Source of the DNA: a virus
Lineage: Duplodnaviria; Caudoviricetes
Length of the DNA stretch: 64,000 bases
Strand: one strand, 5' to 3'
Virus record (IMG/VR): IMGVR_UViG_3300032038_000076
Coordinates: 845-64,844 of that record
Each line of letters starts with the position of its first letter. The stretch's first letter is position 1. The position numbers were made by a program, and so were the translations under genes. This document shows positions 14,558 to 28,978 of this stretch, piece after piece. Under the pieces are notes generated by a model. It was given only the letters and a program-made list of their open reading frames with translations. It did no database searches and was not told the origin of the DNA.

Positions 14558-14869
14558 ATGTTTCTAAACAATGTTTATTGGAAACTGGCTTTTGTCTCTC
14601 CAGATTTTCCTCTTTTGCGGAGGATGTCTGGAGAGTACTCCATAGGTGCTTGTGATAATTTAACTAGAACTATTTATATAAATGAGACGCTATATGGTAG
14701 TTTATTAAAGAAGGTGCTTTGTCACGAAATCACCCACGCCGCGATGTTCTCTTATAATGTTGATCTTTCTATTGAACAAGAAGAATTAGTTGCGGATTTG
14801 ATCTCTACTTATGGAGATTAGATTATTTATATTACAAATAAAATTTTTATTAAATTGGGTAATATATGA
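14558..14869 (+). CDS. HExxH metallopeptidase-like protein (103 aa, 1 TAG)
   Basis: LCHEITHA ... EQEELVAD motif. Confidence 0.65.
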
Positions 14870-14991
14870 ATATAGAAAAATATGAGAAATAAATTATTTC
14901 TCTTTTTAAATAAATATATTTTTATTTATAAAATTATTAATGATTTAATATAATTAATAATTTTATAATATGGTGAAAAAAGGAGCATTTA

Positions 14992-15450
14992 ATGAGTATA
15001 TATGAATTATATAAAAGCATAATTTTTAATGGAAATTATGTTGTTTCAGATATGGAATAGAGAATTGAAACTGTTTATGCATCAGGAAAAATTACTGCAG
15101 AAGAAAGAGCTGAGCTTTTAAATTTAGCTGGTGAAAATGCAAAAGAAAGTGTTCAGATTGATGTAATGGCAAAACTTGCAGAATTTGAAGTTCGAATTAC
15201 AAGACTTGAAGCCAAAGGAGTTGTAGTTTGGACTTCTGGGCATATTACTGCTAAAGGAGAAACAGTTCTTTATGATGTTGATAAAGATGGAAAACTTGAA
15301 TATTGTAGATATGATGGTGGTAGATCTTCTACGACACTTAGTCCTGGTAAAATTGATGGATGGGTTGTCCTTAATGCAGAAGGCGGTTAGGTAGTTGGAA
15401 CACTGTAGAAAAATGAGAATGGGCAAATTGTTATTATTCCTGTTTAGTGA
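14992..15450 (+). CDS. Hypothetical virion-associated protein (about 152 aa, TAG read-through)
   Basis: AAGGAG RBS; frame of track ORF 15166; ends TAG TGA. Confidence 0.65.
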
Positions 15451-15595
15451 TTCAGATTAAAAGAAATAAAATAAACTATTATTAATAATAAATGCGGTAA
15501 TTAAATAAATATTCAAAAATAATATTATTGTTTACAGAAGAGATATGTTATTAATTACCGCATTTTAGTAACTTGTGGAGAAAGGAAGAATATTT

Positions 15596-17134
15596 ATGGA
15601 TAAAATGACTTCCATACGGATTAAACTTGAAAATGGGACATATTCGGAGAAAATACCTTTAAGTGTTCTTGCTACTAATATAAATTGGGATAATACTCAT
15701 TCATTAGTAGATGTTCTTGGAAATGTAGATCTTACAAAAGGAAATTTACAAGCACAAATTGATGAAAAAATTAATGTGCAAATAGATGATTCTTTATCTA
15801 TCGAAGGAGACGCCGCGGATGCTAAGATCGTTGGAGATAATTTTACAATATTAAATAATAATATTAGTACATTAGAAACAAATAAACAAAATATATTAAC
15901 ATTTGATAAGACTCCTGCGTCTGGTTCAACAAATCCAGTTACTTCTGGTGGCATTAAAGCTGCAATAAATAAAGTTGAACAAACTTGTTCTAATATTAGT
16001 ACTGAGTTAGGAAAATCTTATGTTAGTAAAAATTCACAAAATTTTACAAATGAATAGAAAGAACAGATAAGAAAAAATATAGGCTTATCAAATGGAGATG
16101 CTGCAGCTAATGGATTTAATGAAACAGTAAGAACTGCTTTTTTAAATGCTTTAGATCATTTAGTTTGGGATTCATCTGATCCTTCTGGCCAGACTTATAT
16201 AAATGCTATTAGGGAAGCTATTACTCCAAAAGTTCAATATATTATAACTATATTTGAAGCGCCAGAATCTGGATATGTTTAGTATACAGCACCTCAATCA
16301 GCTGTTCTTGAATAGATAAAAAAATATCTTACTGTTATAGCTAAATATACAGATGGCTCTTAGAAAGAAATTACAGAAAATTATTCAATTTCAGCATCAA
16401 TAGCTGAAAGTGGATTAGCTAGGGTTATAGTTACATATCAGGAGAAAACATCAACACCTTTTTAGGTTATGTGTAAAAATAAAAATAATTTATTATATGA
16501 TTGGAATTTTAAAACATCATTATTTGATAAAATTAATTATGTTAAGGCAGAAGTGTCTGCAGCAGATGGTGTATAGCCGCCAGCTAGGACAAGTGAAGGA
16601 GTAGTATTTAATGCATCAACTCAAAGGTTGTGTCTTGGATCTATTAATATGGTTGGAAAAACAATTGAATTTGTTATATCACAGTTTAATTTTGTAGGTA
16701 ATACTAAAAAACATTGTAGATTGTTAATGAATCAAAACAGTGAAGCATCAAATGCTGTTGGAGCTGGTGCTTTAGTATTCCGTTCTGGATATGGATGGTC
16801 TTCATATGGTTATACAGATGCTGAACATACTGAAGCTGGATATCGAGGATGGTCTGCTAATGGTTGGGGAAATTTATATAATCCTGATCAAATAAATTTC
16901 TTTAATAATAAGACAGTAAGAATTAAATATTGTTAGGATGGGTTTACTAGGAAACTTTATGTAGATGGAGAACTTATCGCTACGATGTCAGATATTTATT
17001 TTAATAAGAATTCTACAATTATTAGTTTTGGTGGCGGACCAACTTATTCACAAAATAGTGGCGATCAATGTTATAATATGACTATATCAGCTGTTCGTAT
17101 ATATAATAAAGATTTTTAGGAAGAAGGAGCATAA
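15596..17134 (+). CDS. Tail fibre/adhesin with Ig-like and ConA/LamG-like regions (512 aa)
   Basis: Track ORFs 15575 and 16628 in one frame; N-terminus paralogous to the 17992 gene; KKYLTVIAKYTDGS Ig-like motif; LYVDGEL LamG-like motif. Confidence 0.65.
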
Positions 17135-17140
17135 ATATAA

Positions 17141-17947
17141 ATGGGCGTATATTCTAAAAATGGTATTCAGTTAGATCAAACTTTTAATTATGATACTAGT
17201 ATAAAAAGTATTAATCATCGAGGTTTTTCCAACCTCGCTCCAGAAAATACTCTTCCCGCCTACGTATAGTCAAAACGTCATGGATATACTTATGTAGAAA
17301 CAGATGTTTCTTTTACTTCTGATAATATACCTGTATTACTTCATGATGCAACAATTGATAGAACATCTAATGGTACTGGTACATTATCTAAAATGACATA
17401 TGATCAAGTAAAAACATATGATTTTGGATCTTGGAAAGATGCTAAATATACAGGAGTATAGATTCCTACTTTGAATGATTTTTTAACAATATGTAAGTTA
17501 TTAGGATTAAAACCTTATATAGAATTAAAAGATAATGGAGCATATACAAATGCTCAAATTAAGCAAATTGTAGATATGGTTCAAAGACATGGGATGAAAG
17601 AAAACAGTACTTATATATCATTTAACGCAGATTATCTTCAAGCAATAAAAGAATTAGATAGCAAAGCGCGATTAGGATTTTTAAAAGGCGCTCAAGCTAA
17701 TTATACCTAGGATTTAGTTATTTGTAATAATTTAAAAACATCTACTAATAAAGTATTTTATGATGTTCGTTATGATAAGGTAACTTAGTAGATGATAGAA
17801 GCATTATCTGCGCAAGATATGCCTATTGAGGTATGGACAATTGATGATAAAGAGACTGTTTGGGATTTAGATGATTATATAACTGGAGTAACGACAAATT
17901 CATTAAATGTTGGAAAAATATTTGTTGAACATGTTTTATTGCAATAA
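17141..17947 (+). CDS. Glycerophosphodiester phosphodiesterase (GDPD), probably virion-associated (268 aa)
   Basis: INHRG...APENTLPA...YVETDV...LLHDATIDRT...IELK...EVWTID...GVTTN. Confidence 0.9.
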
Positions 17948-17991
17948 ATAATTAATTATAAAAATAAAAAGAAAGGACAGAGAAAATATTT

Positions 17992-20900
17992 ATGGATAAA
18001 TTAACTGCCATAAAAATTAAGCACGATGATGGAACATTGTCTAATGAAATTCCTATTAGTGTTTTTGTATAGAATATTGTATGGGACAATACTCATACTT
18101 TAGTTGATGTCCTCGGTAATGTTGATTTGATGTCAGGAACTATCCAGCAACAGATTAAGCAATTACTCAATAATAAAGTTGATTATACACAATTAGGAAA
18201 TTATGTAGATCGTCAAATTAGTATTGATGTAAAAAAATGGATGGATCAAAATATTAATTCGGCAGGTTCAGTTGTTATAGATACTAGTTTAACAGTATCT
18301 GGTGCTGCTGCAGAAGCTGAAGCAACTGGAAATAGAATTCAAACATTAACCACTCAAACTCAAAATCAAATACAAGCATTAAATACTTAGCTCACAGAGC
18401 AAATGCAAACTTTAAGTGATGATACTTAGGAAGCATTATCAACTTTAAGTTCTGAAACTCAAACACAAATGCAAACATTAAATACTCAACTTACAACGCA
18501 AATGCAAACATTGAGTGAAAAAACTTAGAGTTCTTTATAGACATTAAATAGTGATATTTATAATCGAATGCAAACATTGAGTAATTAGACTCAAAGTCAA
18601 TTAGAAGCATTAAATAGTACATTTTCAGATTAGTTAGATACATTGAGTGAATAGACTTAGACAAAATTACAAACATTAAGTACGCAAACTGCCACTCAAT
18701 TTTAGACAGTAAATGGTTAGATTCAAACTTTAACTAATAATTTAGCAACTACTAATGGTACAGTTGGTTCACTTTCTTCATCTCTTAGTACTCTTTCTGC
18801 AGATACCACTAATCAAGCTGAAGCATTAAGTTCCGAAATTCAGACTGTTGCAAATAATGTAGAAAATATTAACTCTACAGTTGACTCCGTTAATCTTGCC
18901 CTTGAAGATTTTGTTAATGATGGATATGTTGAAAATGGAGTCGCTTATTTTGTACATAATGGAGAAATACTCTTCCAAATCACTGGTATTGGTGGTGGCG
19001 GAGGAGGCGGTGGCGGCGGAGGCGGAGATACTAATAATGCCACACTTACCGTCGTTAATAATACTGGATGGTTATCAAGAACAATTGCCTCAGGTGCTTC
19101 TTGTCCAATTGTTATTAATTGGAGTTCTATAGAAGATAAGATGCCTACTGGGGATGGTACTGCACAAATTTCAATTAATGGAATTTTAAAATCAACTCAG
19201 GGCATTCGACAAGGAGATGTAACAATAGATATTGGAAGTTATGTATCTGCAGGTTCTAATATTGTAAAAGTAAGAATATCAGATGTTTATAATAATTCTA
19301 GAACTATTAATTTTAATGTAACAGTAGTAGTTTTATCTATTAGTTCTACATTTGATAGTTCTGTTGTTTATACAGATACGATTCCATTTCCATATACACC
19401 TGTTGGGGCAGTTCCTAAAACTGTTCATTTTGTTTTAGATGGAAGACAATTAACTACTCAACAGACTTCTGTGTCTGGAAGACAAATTACTTATGTTATT
19501 CCCGCACAAAGTACAGGAAGCCATTCTTTAAAAGTTTATTTTGAATCTGAAATTAATAATGAAGTAGTTAGTTCAAATGAATTATATTATGAGTTTATTT
19601 CAAGTGCTACAGGTAGTAATACTGTGATTATTACGAGTCCTTATAATAAGACTTCATAGCAACAATATACTTCAATTGTTATTCCATATACAGTATATAA
19701 TCCAAATAATTTAACTTCTGAAGTTAGTATATATGCAAATAATGAATTGTTATCTACTCAAATTGTAGATAGAACAGAGCAATCTTATACATATAGAGCA
19801 GAAGTTGATGGGCCCTTAGAAATTAAAATTCAAAGTGGTAGCGCAGTTAAAATAATTAATATTAATATTATAAAATTAAATATTAATGTAGCTGCATAGA
19901 CTGAAGATTTAGTTTTATATCTTACTTCAAAAGGAAGAAGTAATCGAGAACTTAATCCTGCAATATGGAAATATCATGATATTGATGCAACATTTACTAA
20001 TTTTAATTGGGTTTCAGATGGATGGCAAACAGATTCAGAAGGTATTGTTTGTTTAAGAGTTTCTGGAGATGCTAGAGTAACAATACCATATAAATTATTT
20101 GGCGCTGACTTTAGACGAGCTGGTAAAACAATTGAAATTGAATTTGCTACAAGAAATATTATTAATTATAATACAATAATTTTATCATGTTTTAGCGGTG
20201 GCCGTGGTTTGACCTTAACTTCACAAAGAGCTAGACTTGTTTCAGAGCAATCTACTATTAGTACTCAATATAAAGAAGATGAACATATTCGACTTACTTT
20301 TGTAGCTCAAAAATCTTCTGAAAATAGATTTTTAATGGTTTATATTAATGGTATTCCTTCTGGTGTTGTACAATATCCAGATGATAATGATTTCCAACAA
20401 GATCAACCTGTTGATATTACTATTGGTTCAAATGATTGTGCAATAGATATTTATAATATTAGAGTATATGATAATAGTCTTACTCATCAACAGGTATTGG
20501 ATAACTGGATTGCAGATACACAAAATGGAAGTTTAATGCTTGAACGCTATACACGAAATCAAGTTTATGATGAATACGGAAAAATTGTTACTACTAATCT
20601 TCCTGGTGATCTTCCATATTTTATTTTAAATGCAGAAGAATTGCCACAATTTAAGGGAGATAAAAAGATTATTTCTGGACAATATGTTAATCCAATGTAT
20701 CCATCTCAAAGTTTTACATTTACTGGCTGCCAAATTAATGTACAAGGTACATCTTCTGCACCATATGCAAGAAAAAATTATGACATGCAATTCAAAAATG
20801 GATTTGAAATTGGAAGCGAACATTCAAAGAATTATACACTTGATCCAAGTGTTCTTCCGTTTAATCGTTTTGTTTTAAAAGCTGATGTTGCTTCTTCTGA

Positions 20901-23900
20901 AGGCGCTAATAATGTTGAACTTGTAAAACTTTATAATGATGCTTGCCCATATAAAACACCAGAAATGGAAGAAGATCCAAAAGTTCGTTGGGGTATATTT
21001 GGATTCCCAATTGTTGTATTTTGGAATGATTTAGTTACTAATGAAGTAAAATTCCTTGGAAAATATAATTTTAATTTCCCAAAAAGAGCACCGGCTCCTT
21101 ATGGTTATAATCCAGATTCAGAAAATGAAGATATTGCAAAAATGGAATCTTGGGAATTCCAAAATAATGTATCTTCATTAATGTTATTCCAAAGTGACTA
21201 TTTTAATGAAGAAATGCGAACTGATCCAGATACCGGTGAGACAAAAGAAGCTTGGCGTTTTGATTATGAAGCAAGATTCCCATCTGATGAATGGGTTGAT
21301 TACAGTACAATACAAGAATTCCAAAGCTTTGTATATTCTACATGGAGAGAAAATGCGACGAATCAGACACTTAGTTCTCCAGTCACATATAATGGAGTTA
21401 AATACACTAAAGATACAGCTGAATATCGTCTTGCAAAGTTTAAAAATGAATTCCCAACTTATGCAGAATTAGATAGCTTTATTTTTTATTATATTTTTAC
21501 AGAATTGTTCTTATTAGTAGATAGCCGCGCTAAAAACCTTTTTATTGGTTTTAATGGATCTCCTGTTACAGTAGCAGGAAGAAAAGCTTTACGTAAAGCC
21601 ACGGCTCAACCATATGATATGGATACCGCTATCGGAACTAATAATGAAGGTACACTTGTTTATGGCTATAATCTTGAAGATATTGATCCAGGACAGATTT
21701 ATACTGGAAAAGGATCTGTACTCTGGGAAAATCTTCGTGATTCTTATTCAACAGAAATCGCAAGAATGTATCAAACTTTAAGAACTGGTAACATTTTATC
21801 ATATAATACAATTGAACAAAGATTTGAAGATCATCAAAGCAAATGGCCAGAAGCAATATGGATTGAAGATTCACAATTTAAATATCTTGATCCTCTTATT
21901 AATCCAGATCCTGGGAAAAAAGCGACATCTACTTATCTTCCAATGCTTCAAGGTTCAAAAGAACAGCAAAGAAAATGGTGGTTAAGTAATAGATTTAGAT
22001 ACATGGATAGTAAATGGCATGCGGGTGATGCATTAATTACACCAATTCAGTTAAGAGCATATTCTAAAGGCAATATTACTGTAACACCTTATTTTGATAT
22101 CTATCCGACTGTACGTTATGGTTCTCATACTGTTAGTGAACGTGGCATGCATTGGCAGCCAACCACTTTAGTTTGTCCAGCAGAAATACCTACATTTAAT
22201 GATACAGAAATTTATATATTCTCTGCTCCTCAAATTGCAAAGATTGGAGATTTATCTCCACTTAAAATTGGCCTTGCAGATTTTAGTGGTGCTATTAATT
22301 TACAAGAAGTAAAAATTGGTGATGCTTCTAGTTCATATGATAATACTAATTTATATCAAGTTAGTTTTGGTTCAAATGTATTGCTTAAAAAAATTGATAT
22401 ACGAAATTGTAGTGGACTTGGTGACACTACGATGGAAGGACATTCACAACAGACTGTTGATATTTCTAAATGTTCTGTTATTGAATAGGTATATTTTGAA
22501 GGAACTAAAATTACAGCTGTTACACTTCCAAATGGTGGTACATTAAGAGTCCTTCATTTACCCGCAACCATTACTAATCTGACACTTATAAATCAAAAAG
22601 CTTTAACTGATTTATCTGTTGCTGGATATAATAATATTTCTACATTAAGATTGGAGAACTTAGTTTCTAGTATTGATACGTTAGCTATTTTGAGAGCTGT
22701 ACCAATGGGAGCCAGAGTTCGTTTAATTAACATTAATTGGGAAACAGATGATTTAAGTAGTATTTTTACTTTATTAAATTCTATGAGAGGATTGGATGAA
22801 TCTGGTAATAATACAGATATAGCTCAAGTTAGTGGTACAATTACCACGACTAGTACAACTCAAGCTTTGATAGATGAATTTAATACAAAATATCCTTATA
22901 TAAATATTGTAGCAGATTAGATTATAACTACACTTACTTATAAGACTTGGAATGGAGATACTACTCTTAAAACTATTTTATGTAGAAATGGAGTACCGCA
23001 AGAAGAAGCGCCTGAAGTGCCTGCAAGAGAAGAAACTGCTCAATATGTATTTACTGCTGTAGGTTGGAATACTACACAAGATGCTTCAACAAATGATATT
23101 CATGTAAGATTAAATGTAACAAGTGATAGAATTGTTTATGCTGCATATAGTAGAGCTACTAAGGCTTATACTATAACTTGGATGAGTAATGGAACAGTTC
23201 TTAGAACTGATACAAATGTTCGTTATGGAACTAAACCTAATTGGGGAACTTCAATGCCAAAAGATGAATATGGCAGAACTGCAATTAGATGGGATTATAA
23301 TGTTAATACAGGTATTACTGGTGATACAATTATTAATGCTAAATATATTCCTGAATATACTGCAACATTTGTGTTAGCAGCAGTTGATAGTGACACTGAA
23401 AGTCAAAAAACGTTATATAGTTATAAACTTGATCAAGAAACTGTACCTGTATACGGTGGAAAGCCCCCAGTTTCAATACAGGGTAATTCTACTGATTTTA
23501 AATTTATTGGATGGAGTCCATAGTTAGCACCTATTCAAACTAATACAACCTATGTTGCACAATTTGAAGATAATAGAGCATTAACTCTTCAATATTTAAG
23601 TCGTACTATTAAAACATATGAATCCTCAGAACAAACTAAACTTCCAGCTTATTCATTTTATAATTCACCAAATTTAACTACTATAATTGCTCCTGTTACT
23701 TCTATTACTACATAGGCTTTAGAAGCCGTTCCTAATTTAAAAGTTCTTGATTTAGCAAGTCCTTTCAATGTGACAGTTAGTAATTCACTTTAGAATAAAC
23801 GAAAACTTGAACATTTAATTATTAGAAATACTTCATTAAATAGTTCATATTTATCATTAACAGGAACTCTAATTGAAAATCGGAGAGGTGCTATTTATGT

Positions 23901-24624
23901 ACCTACAAATTTAGTTTAGACCTATAAATCAAATGCTTATTGGGGTCGTTATATTATTGCAGATATTAATGATTATCCATTAACTGATTATAGCACAATT
24001 TTAGATGATTGGGATACTATTGTAGCTGGAACTAATTATCTTAATTATCCTATTGGTGGTACTAAGCTTTTAAATGTTGGAAATGTACAAGTTTATATGC
24101 AATTAGTAGCTAAGAATACAGACATTCTTTCACGAGATCATAGTTCTAAAGCAAAAATGACTTGGATAACCAGAGATATTTATACAAGACATGCAATGAA
24201 TACATCTGGTTCTAGTAATAATGGATGGGCTGGCACTGAAATTAGAACTTGGTTAAGAACTGTTGTATTGCCATTATTACCTGAAGTAATTCAAAACAAT
24301 ATAAAAGTAGTTGATAAAACTTATCGCACTAAAGTTCCAAATGATACAACTTTAACTATAGAAGATACAATTTGGATTCCTTCTCTTCGAGAAATAGGAT
24401 TAACTAATTCATCATATATTGAATCTGAAGGTCCTATATATTCATCATTATTTAATTCTGATGCAAGTAGAATTAAATATACATTTTCTAATGATCTTGA
24501 TTGGTGGTGGACAAGAACAACTTATAATTCAAATGGTCGTTTTTCATGTAGTAGTACCACTGGAACTCATACTTATAGTTCTAGTAGTAGTATCGGTGGA
24601 GTTGTTTTTGGTTTTTGTCTTTAA
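17992..24624 (+). CDS. Giant tail fibre/receptor-binding protein (2210 aa): coiled coil, LamG-like, CotH-kinase-like, LRR-like and DUF6273-like C-terminus
   Basis: Track ORFs 18127, 19141, 20209, 22651, 23017 and 24097 share one frame joined by TAG; IDIYNIRVYD, VDSRAKN, PYDMDT and WWWTRT...GVVFGFCL motifs. Confidence 0.75.
18340..18740 (+). repeat. 11-residue (hendecad) Q/T/L-rich coiled-coil repeat
   Basis: QNQIQALNT*L/TEQMQTLSDDT/*EALSTLSSET/QTQMQTLNTQL..., about 11 units. Confidence 0.85.
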
Positions 24625-24631
24625 TTTAATT

Positions 24632-24675
24632 TTAATTAAACTACCTTTTTATTATTAAAAAGGTAGTTTAATTAA
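24632..24675 (+). terminator. Terminator-like hairpin
   Basis: aattaaactaccttttt-attatt-aaaaaggtagtttaatt. Confidence 0.7.
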
Positions 24676-24693
24676 TAAATAGGAAGGAGAAAT

Positions 24694-25929
24694 ATGGCAA
24701 ATACAAGAGATTCTTTAGGGGATCAAGTTACTATAGATAGTTTAATAAATCGCACTTTAACTTAGTTAGAAGATGATGAAATTGTTGTACTTGGAAATCA
24801 TGCTTTATATTATAATACTGCATTAACATCACTTTATTTTCCAAATCTAATTAGAGTAGGAAATTATGCTTGTCGAGAATGTTCAAAATTAACATCTATT
24901 GAATTACCTAAAGTTTAGACTATTAACAATTATGGTTTTTATAACTGTAATTTAAAATCTATTGAATTACCTAAAATTAGGGCAATTAATACAGCAGCAT
25001 TTGGATATAATAGTCATCTTCAATTAGTAAATTTATCTAGTACATAGAAAAAAACTATTAGAGATAGTGCTTTTTATTGTAATTATAAATTAAAAAATAT
25101 AATAATTAATGGGCCAGAAGTAAGTACATTGTCATCTACATCAGCCTTTTCTTATACTCCGATTTGGAGAAAACAAGGAGCAATTTATGTGCCTACTAAT
25201 TTAGTTAAGTCTTATAAATCTGCTACCAATTGGAGTAATTTTCTTATTGCAGATATTAATGATTATCCATTAACTGATTACAGCACAATTTCAGATGATT
25301 GGGATACTATTATTAATAATGATAATTATATGACAGATTATAATATTGGTGATATAAAAATAATGAATTTAGGGTCATTTGGTAATGTATATTTTGAATT
25401 AGTTGGGAAAGGAATGGATATAAAAACAGATGGGTCTGGAACTGCTAGAATGACTTGGGTACTACTTGATCCTTTTGTAACTCAAAAATTTCAAAATACT
25501 GGATATGTAAAAAATTATAATGATTCAGATATAAAAAAATATTTAATGAATACTATATACCCAAAAATGCCAAATAATATTAAGAATGCAATTGTTCCTG
25601 TAAATAAAACATCTTCTGTTTATTAGGGAACGGTAATTAAAGATGGTTTAACTACTACAGAAACTATTTGGTTATTATCTGATCACGAAGTATTTAGTAA
25701 TGCTACAACATATGAACAAATTGGACCTAGTTATAATATGGCTAATAGATCAACAAGTCGTTATAAACATTTGAACGGAGTTATGGATTCTGATTATGGA
25801 ATTGCTTATTGGTTAAGATCAGTTAGTTACTCTTCAAGTGCTAATGTAGTGACTTATTATTATGGTAGTGGTTATACTTCTAATCAAAATAATAATAACG
25901 TTGGAGTGGTTTTTGGTTTTTGTATTTAA
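24694..25929 (+). CDS. BspA-type LRR plus DUF6273-like protein, second receptor-binding/tail-tip protein (411 aa)
   Basis: IELPKV*TINNYGF/IELPKIRAINTAAF repeats; YWLRS...GVVFGFCI C-terminus. Confidence 0.7.
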
Positions 25930-25943
25930 AAAAGGAGTTGCAT

Positions 25944-26135
25944 ATGATTATTACAGAATTTTTTAGAATGCGCGAAGATGGAATAAATTTATATAGAACT
26001 TATTCTGATCAAAATATGTGTATTCAAAGAGATGGTGAAATCTATGAAGAGGCAATTGATCCAGAAGGTACTAATAGAATTTATACAGAAACAAATATTC
26101 CAATTATTTTTCCTTAGGAAAATATACAATAGTAA
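25944..26135 (+). CDS. Small tail-fibre-associated protein (63 aa)
   Basis: AAGGAG RBS; LYRTYSD...YEEAIDP...YTET. Confidence 0.65.
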
Positions 26136-26148
26136 TATTATAAAAATA

Positions 26149-26200
26149 AAAATAGCCCCCTTAATAAAATATAAATATTTTATTAAGGGGGCTATATTTT
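26149..26200. terminator. Bidirectional terminator
   Basis: atagcccccttaataaaat...attttattaagggggctat hairpin between convergent genes. Confidence 0.85.
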
Positions 26201-26203
26201 TTT

Positions 26204-28972
26204 TTATACTTTTTCAAATTTAATAATAATATTTGATGGTTCAATAGGATAAGAATTCCCTGCGCTATCATATTTAAAATTAACATTTACAAATAAATTA
26301 TCAGATGCAGTAAATGTTTTTATATTGTCTCCTTGAACCCACCCTTGAATATTATTATAATCATCCGCTTTAGTATATTTATTTGATTCATAATTATATT
26401 TTAATAAATTAATAAATGAATATTGATTATTTGGAGTTATAGAAACAGTAATTTTATTTGCAGTTTTTGGAACTGGGATTGGATAATATTCGGTTAAAGT
26501 ATGCGAAACATAATCTGTATATGAAAGAATACCATTTAAAATACTTATAGTTCTTCTATATCGTGCTGCATTTGGTCTTGTTTCAATTAAACTAATATAT
26601 GCTCCAGTTAATGCATTAGATACTATATCAACATTTGCTGTAAGTTTTGTAAAACCATTTGTTGAAAAAGACCAATTCCAAATATCATAAAAATCAATAA
26701 CATTTGCAATTGTAAATGTAGTAGTTTTATTTTGATATGATATTGTTATAGTATTTTTCCCTTTTGTAAGTTTCCCATTTAATTGATATAATGTAACAAT
26801 AGCAGTTGAATTATCATCATAGTGAGCAGTAACAGTAAGATATTGTTTAAGAGTATTTAAATTATCAGTTGTATAAATTATATGATTATTGGCATTAAAT
26901 ACCGCAGTAATTGATGTTAATTTTCTAATTTCATTTGATGTATTTCTTTCTAAAACTCTAGTACAAGATAAATTCATTGTACTATTTGTATCTAAAGGTA
27001 AAGAAATTGATTTAATCATATAATCTCCATATATACCACTTTTTTCATCTTGTACTGTAATTCTTATATTTGGTTCTAAATAATAAATAGGAATCATTGT
27101 TAAAGAAATTTGTTCATTATAATTTGTATATTGATATAATTCTTTTTTTATTTCATCATAAGCAGATTTTAACATTCCGCCATTGGCTAACATTGAATAT
27201 ACTTCTGAACGAACTTGAGCATAATCTTGTTGTTTATTTTGACACTGAGTCTGTAAAGTATTTGCATTTTCAGATCCTGCCTCAATAATAACAATATCTG
27301 GATTATTAGGCATAAAAACACAATTAATAGAATCATCAACAATAGTTGTTGTTCTACGACCAATATTTTGAACATTAAATTCTGATAAATTGCTTGATGT
27401 ATCTATAAAATCTAAAAAGAAATCAATATCATTAGGATGAGAAACTGCATCTTTAAAAAATTGACCATTTTGAATATCATATACTTTAGGCCATTCATTT
27501 TTTAGTTCAGTAAAATAATAATTACTATCTAATCCAAAAGGTTCACTAATTACACCTGATAAATATAATTCTGTCCTATAATCTGTCGCGGTAATTGATT
27601 TTATCTAATAAGAAGTTTGTTTATAAGTTTTAGTATCTACAGACCATTCATATATAATACCAGTATTTGTTGCATAATAATAACCGCCTGGCTAACCAGT
27701 TTGAGGGAATAAATTACGTCCAGCAAACTAGTATGGTTTTTTTGCTTTTACAATTCCATCATCTGGATCTTTATAAAAAAATACATTATATTGATTACCT
27801 ATTTCTGGTTGAGTATCAATAGCAAGATGATATCTAATAGGAATTTCAAGACCTTCTATAGATTTTCGTTTTCCCCAAACTACAAAATCATTTTTTATTT
27901 TTTGATATTGCGGTGAATTTGAATATGATTGAATGATATTGGCATCTTCAAAAGTATATACTGACTTACCTCCAGAATAATCAACTAAATAATTGTCCTC
28001 ATTCATTTCATTAATTAAAAAAGTAGAATAAGAAGTATTTAAGTAATTCTTTATCTATTGAAATCTAAAATTTCCATCTATATCGTAAAAATATTCATAA
28101 TTACCAAGAATATTTTTTATTTGATCTAATATAGTAGTAATAGTATCTCCTGCTTTTCCGATTAATTCTGTTGGATAAACAAAATCAGTATAAATATAAC
28201 CGACATCTTCTCCATAAGAAAATTGTGTAATTGTTCCATTTTGAGTTTGTTTTGCAGATAACTAACTATAATCAGTACTAAAACTATGATACATTGTTCC
28301 ATCTTCTTGCAATTCAGAATATAAATATAAAGGAACCGACCCAGTCCATTTCATTACTTTTTTTATTTGATTATCTATATCACTAATAATAATTTTTCCA
28401 AGTTGCTCTCCGCCAAAATGATTAACTATTTCTTGAATAATTTGGTAAATAGTTGGTTGAGAAATTACTTTTACTCCATTCTCATTAACATCTTCTATTT
28501 CACTAAAAATAACGGCGGCAGGCAAGGTGCCTCCGCATTCTCCATTTAATAATGCCATTTTATCATGTAATGTTAAAGCAATATTAACTCCACCAGATCC
28601 ATGAGAAATATTTAAATTAATAATAACATAAATTCCTTGCGGGAACCATATAATAGGATAATCATTATATTCTCCTGAATTATTATTAAAACCAATTAAC
28701 ATTTCAATTTTTTTATTAATTGAAAGCAAACGTTTAATATCAACAAAATCATTCTCATACTCATCTGCTATTAAATTAATATTTGCTGTTCGTCGCATAG
28801 AAGAAGATCCATCTAATGCAATATTGCCGCCATTAACTTTACCTTGTATTTCAGCTATTGGCTTTTCATCAAAAGATAAAACAATGATTTTTACAAATTG
28901 TTCTTTTAATTTATTTTCATCAAATCTTTTTAAAAAAGCAGGGTTTTTTAAATATGGAAAATTATATACCAA
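26204..28972 (-). CDS. Tail protein (Tal/hub-like with C-terminal Ig-like module; 922 aa, TTG start)
   Basis: Track ORFs 28262, 27728 and 26204 in one frame joined by TAG; DGSSSMRRT, KNDFVVWG and GIYGDYMIKSISLPL motifs. Confidence 0.7.
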
Positions 28973-28978
28973 AATAAA

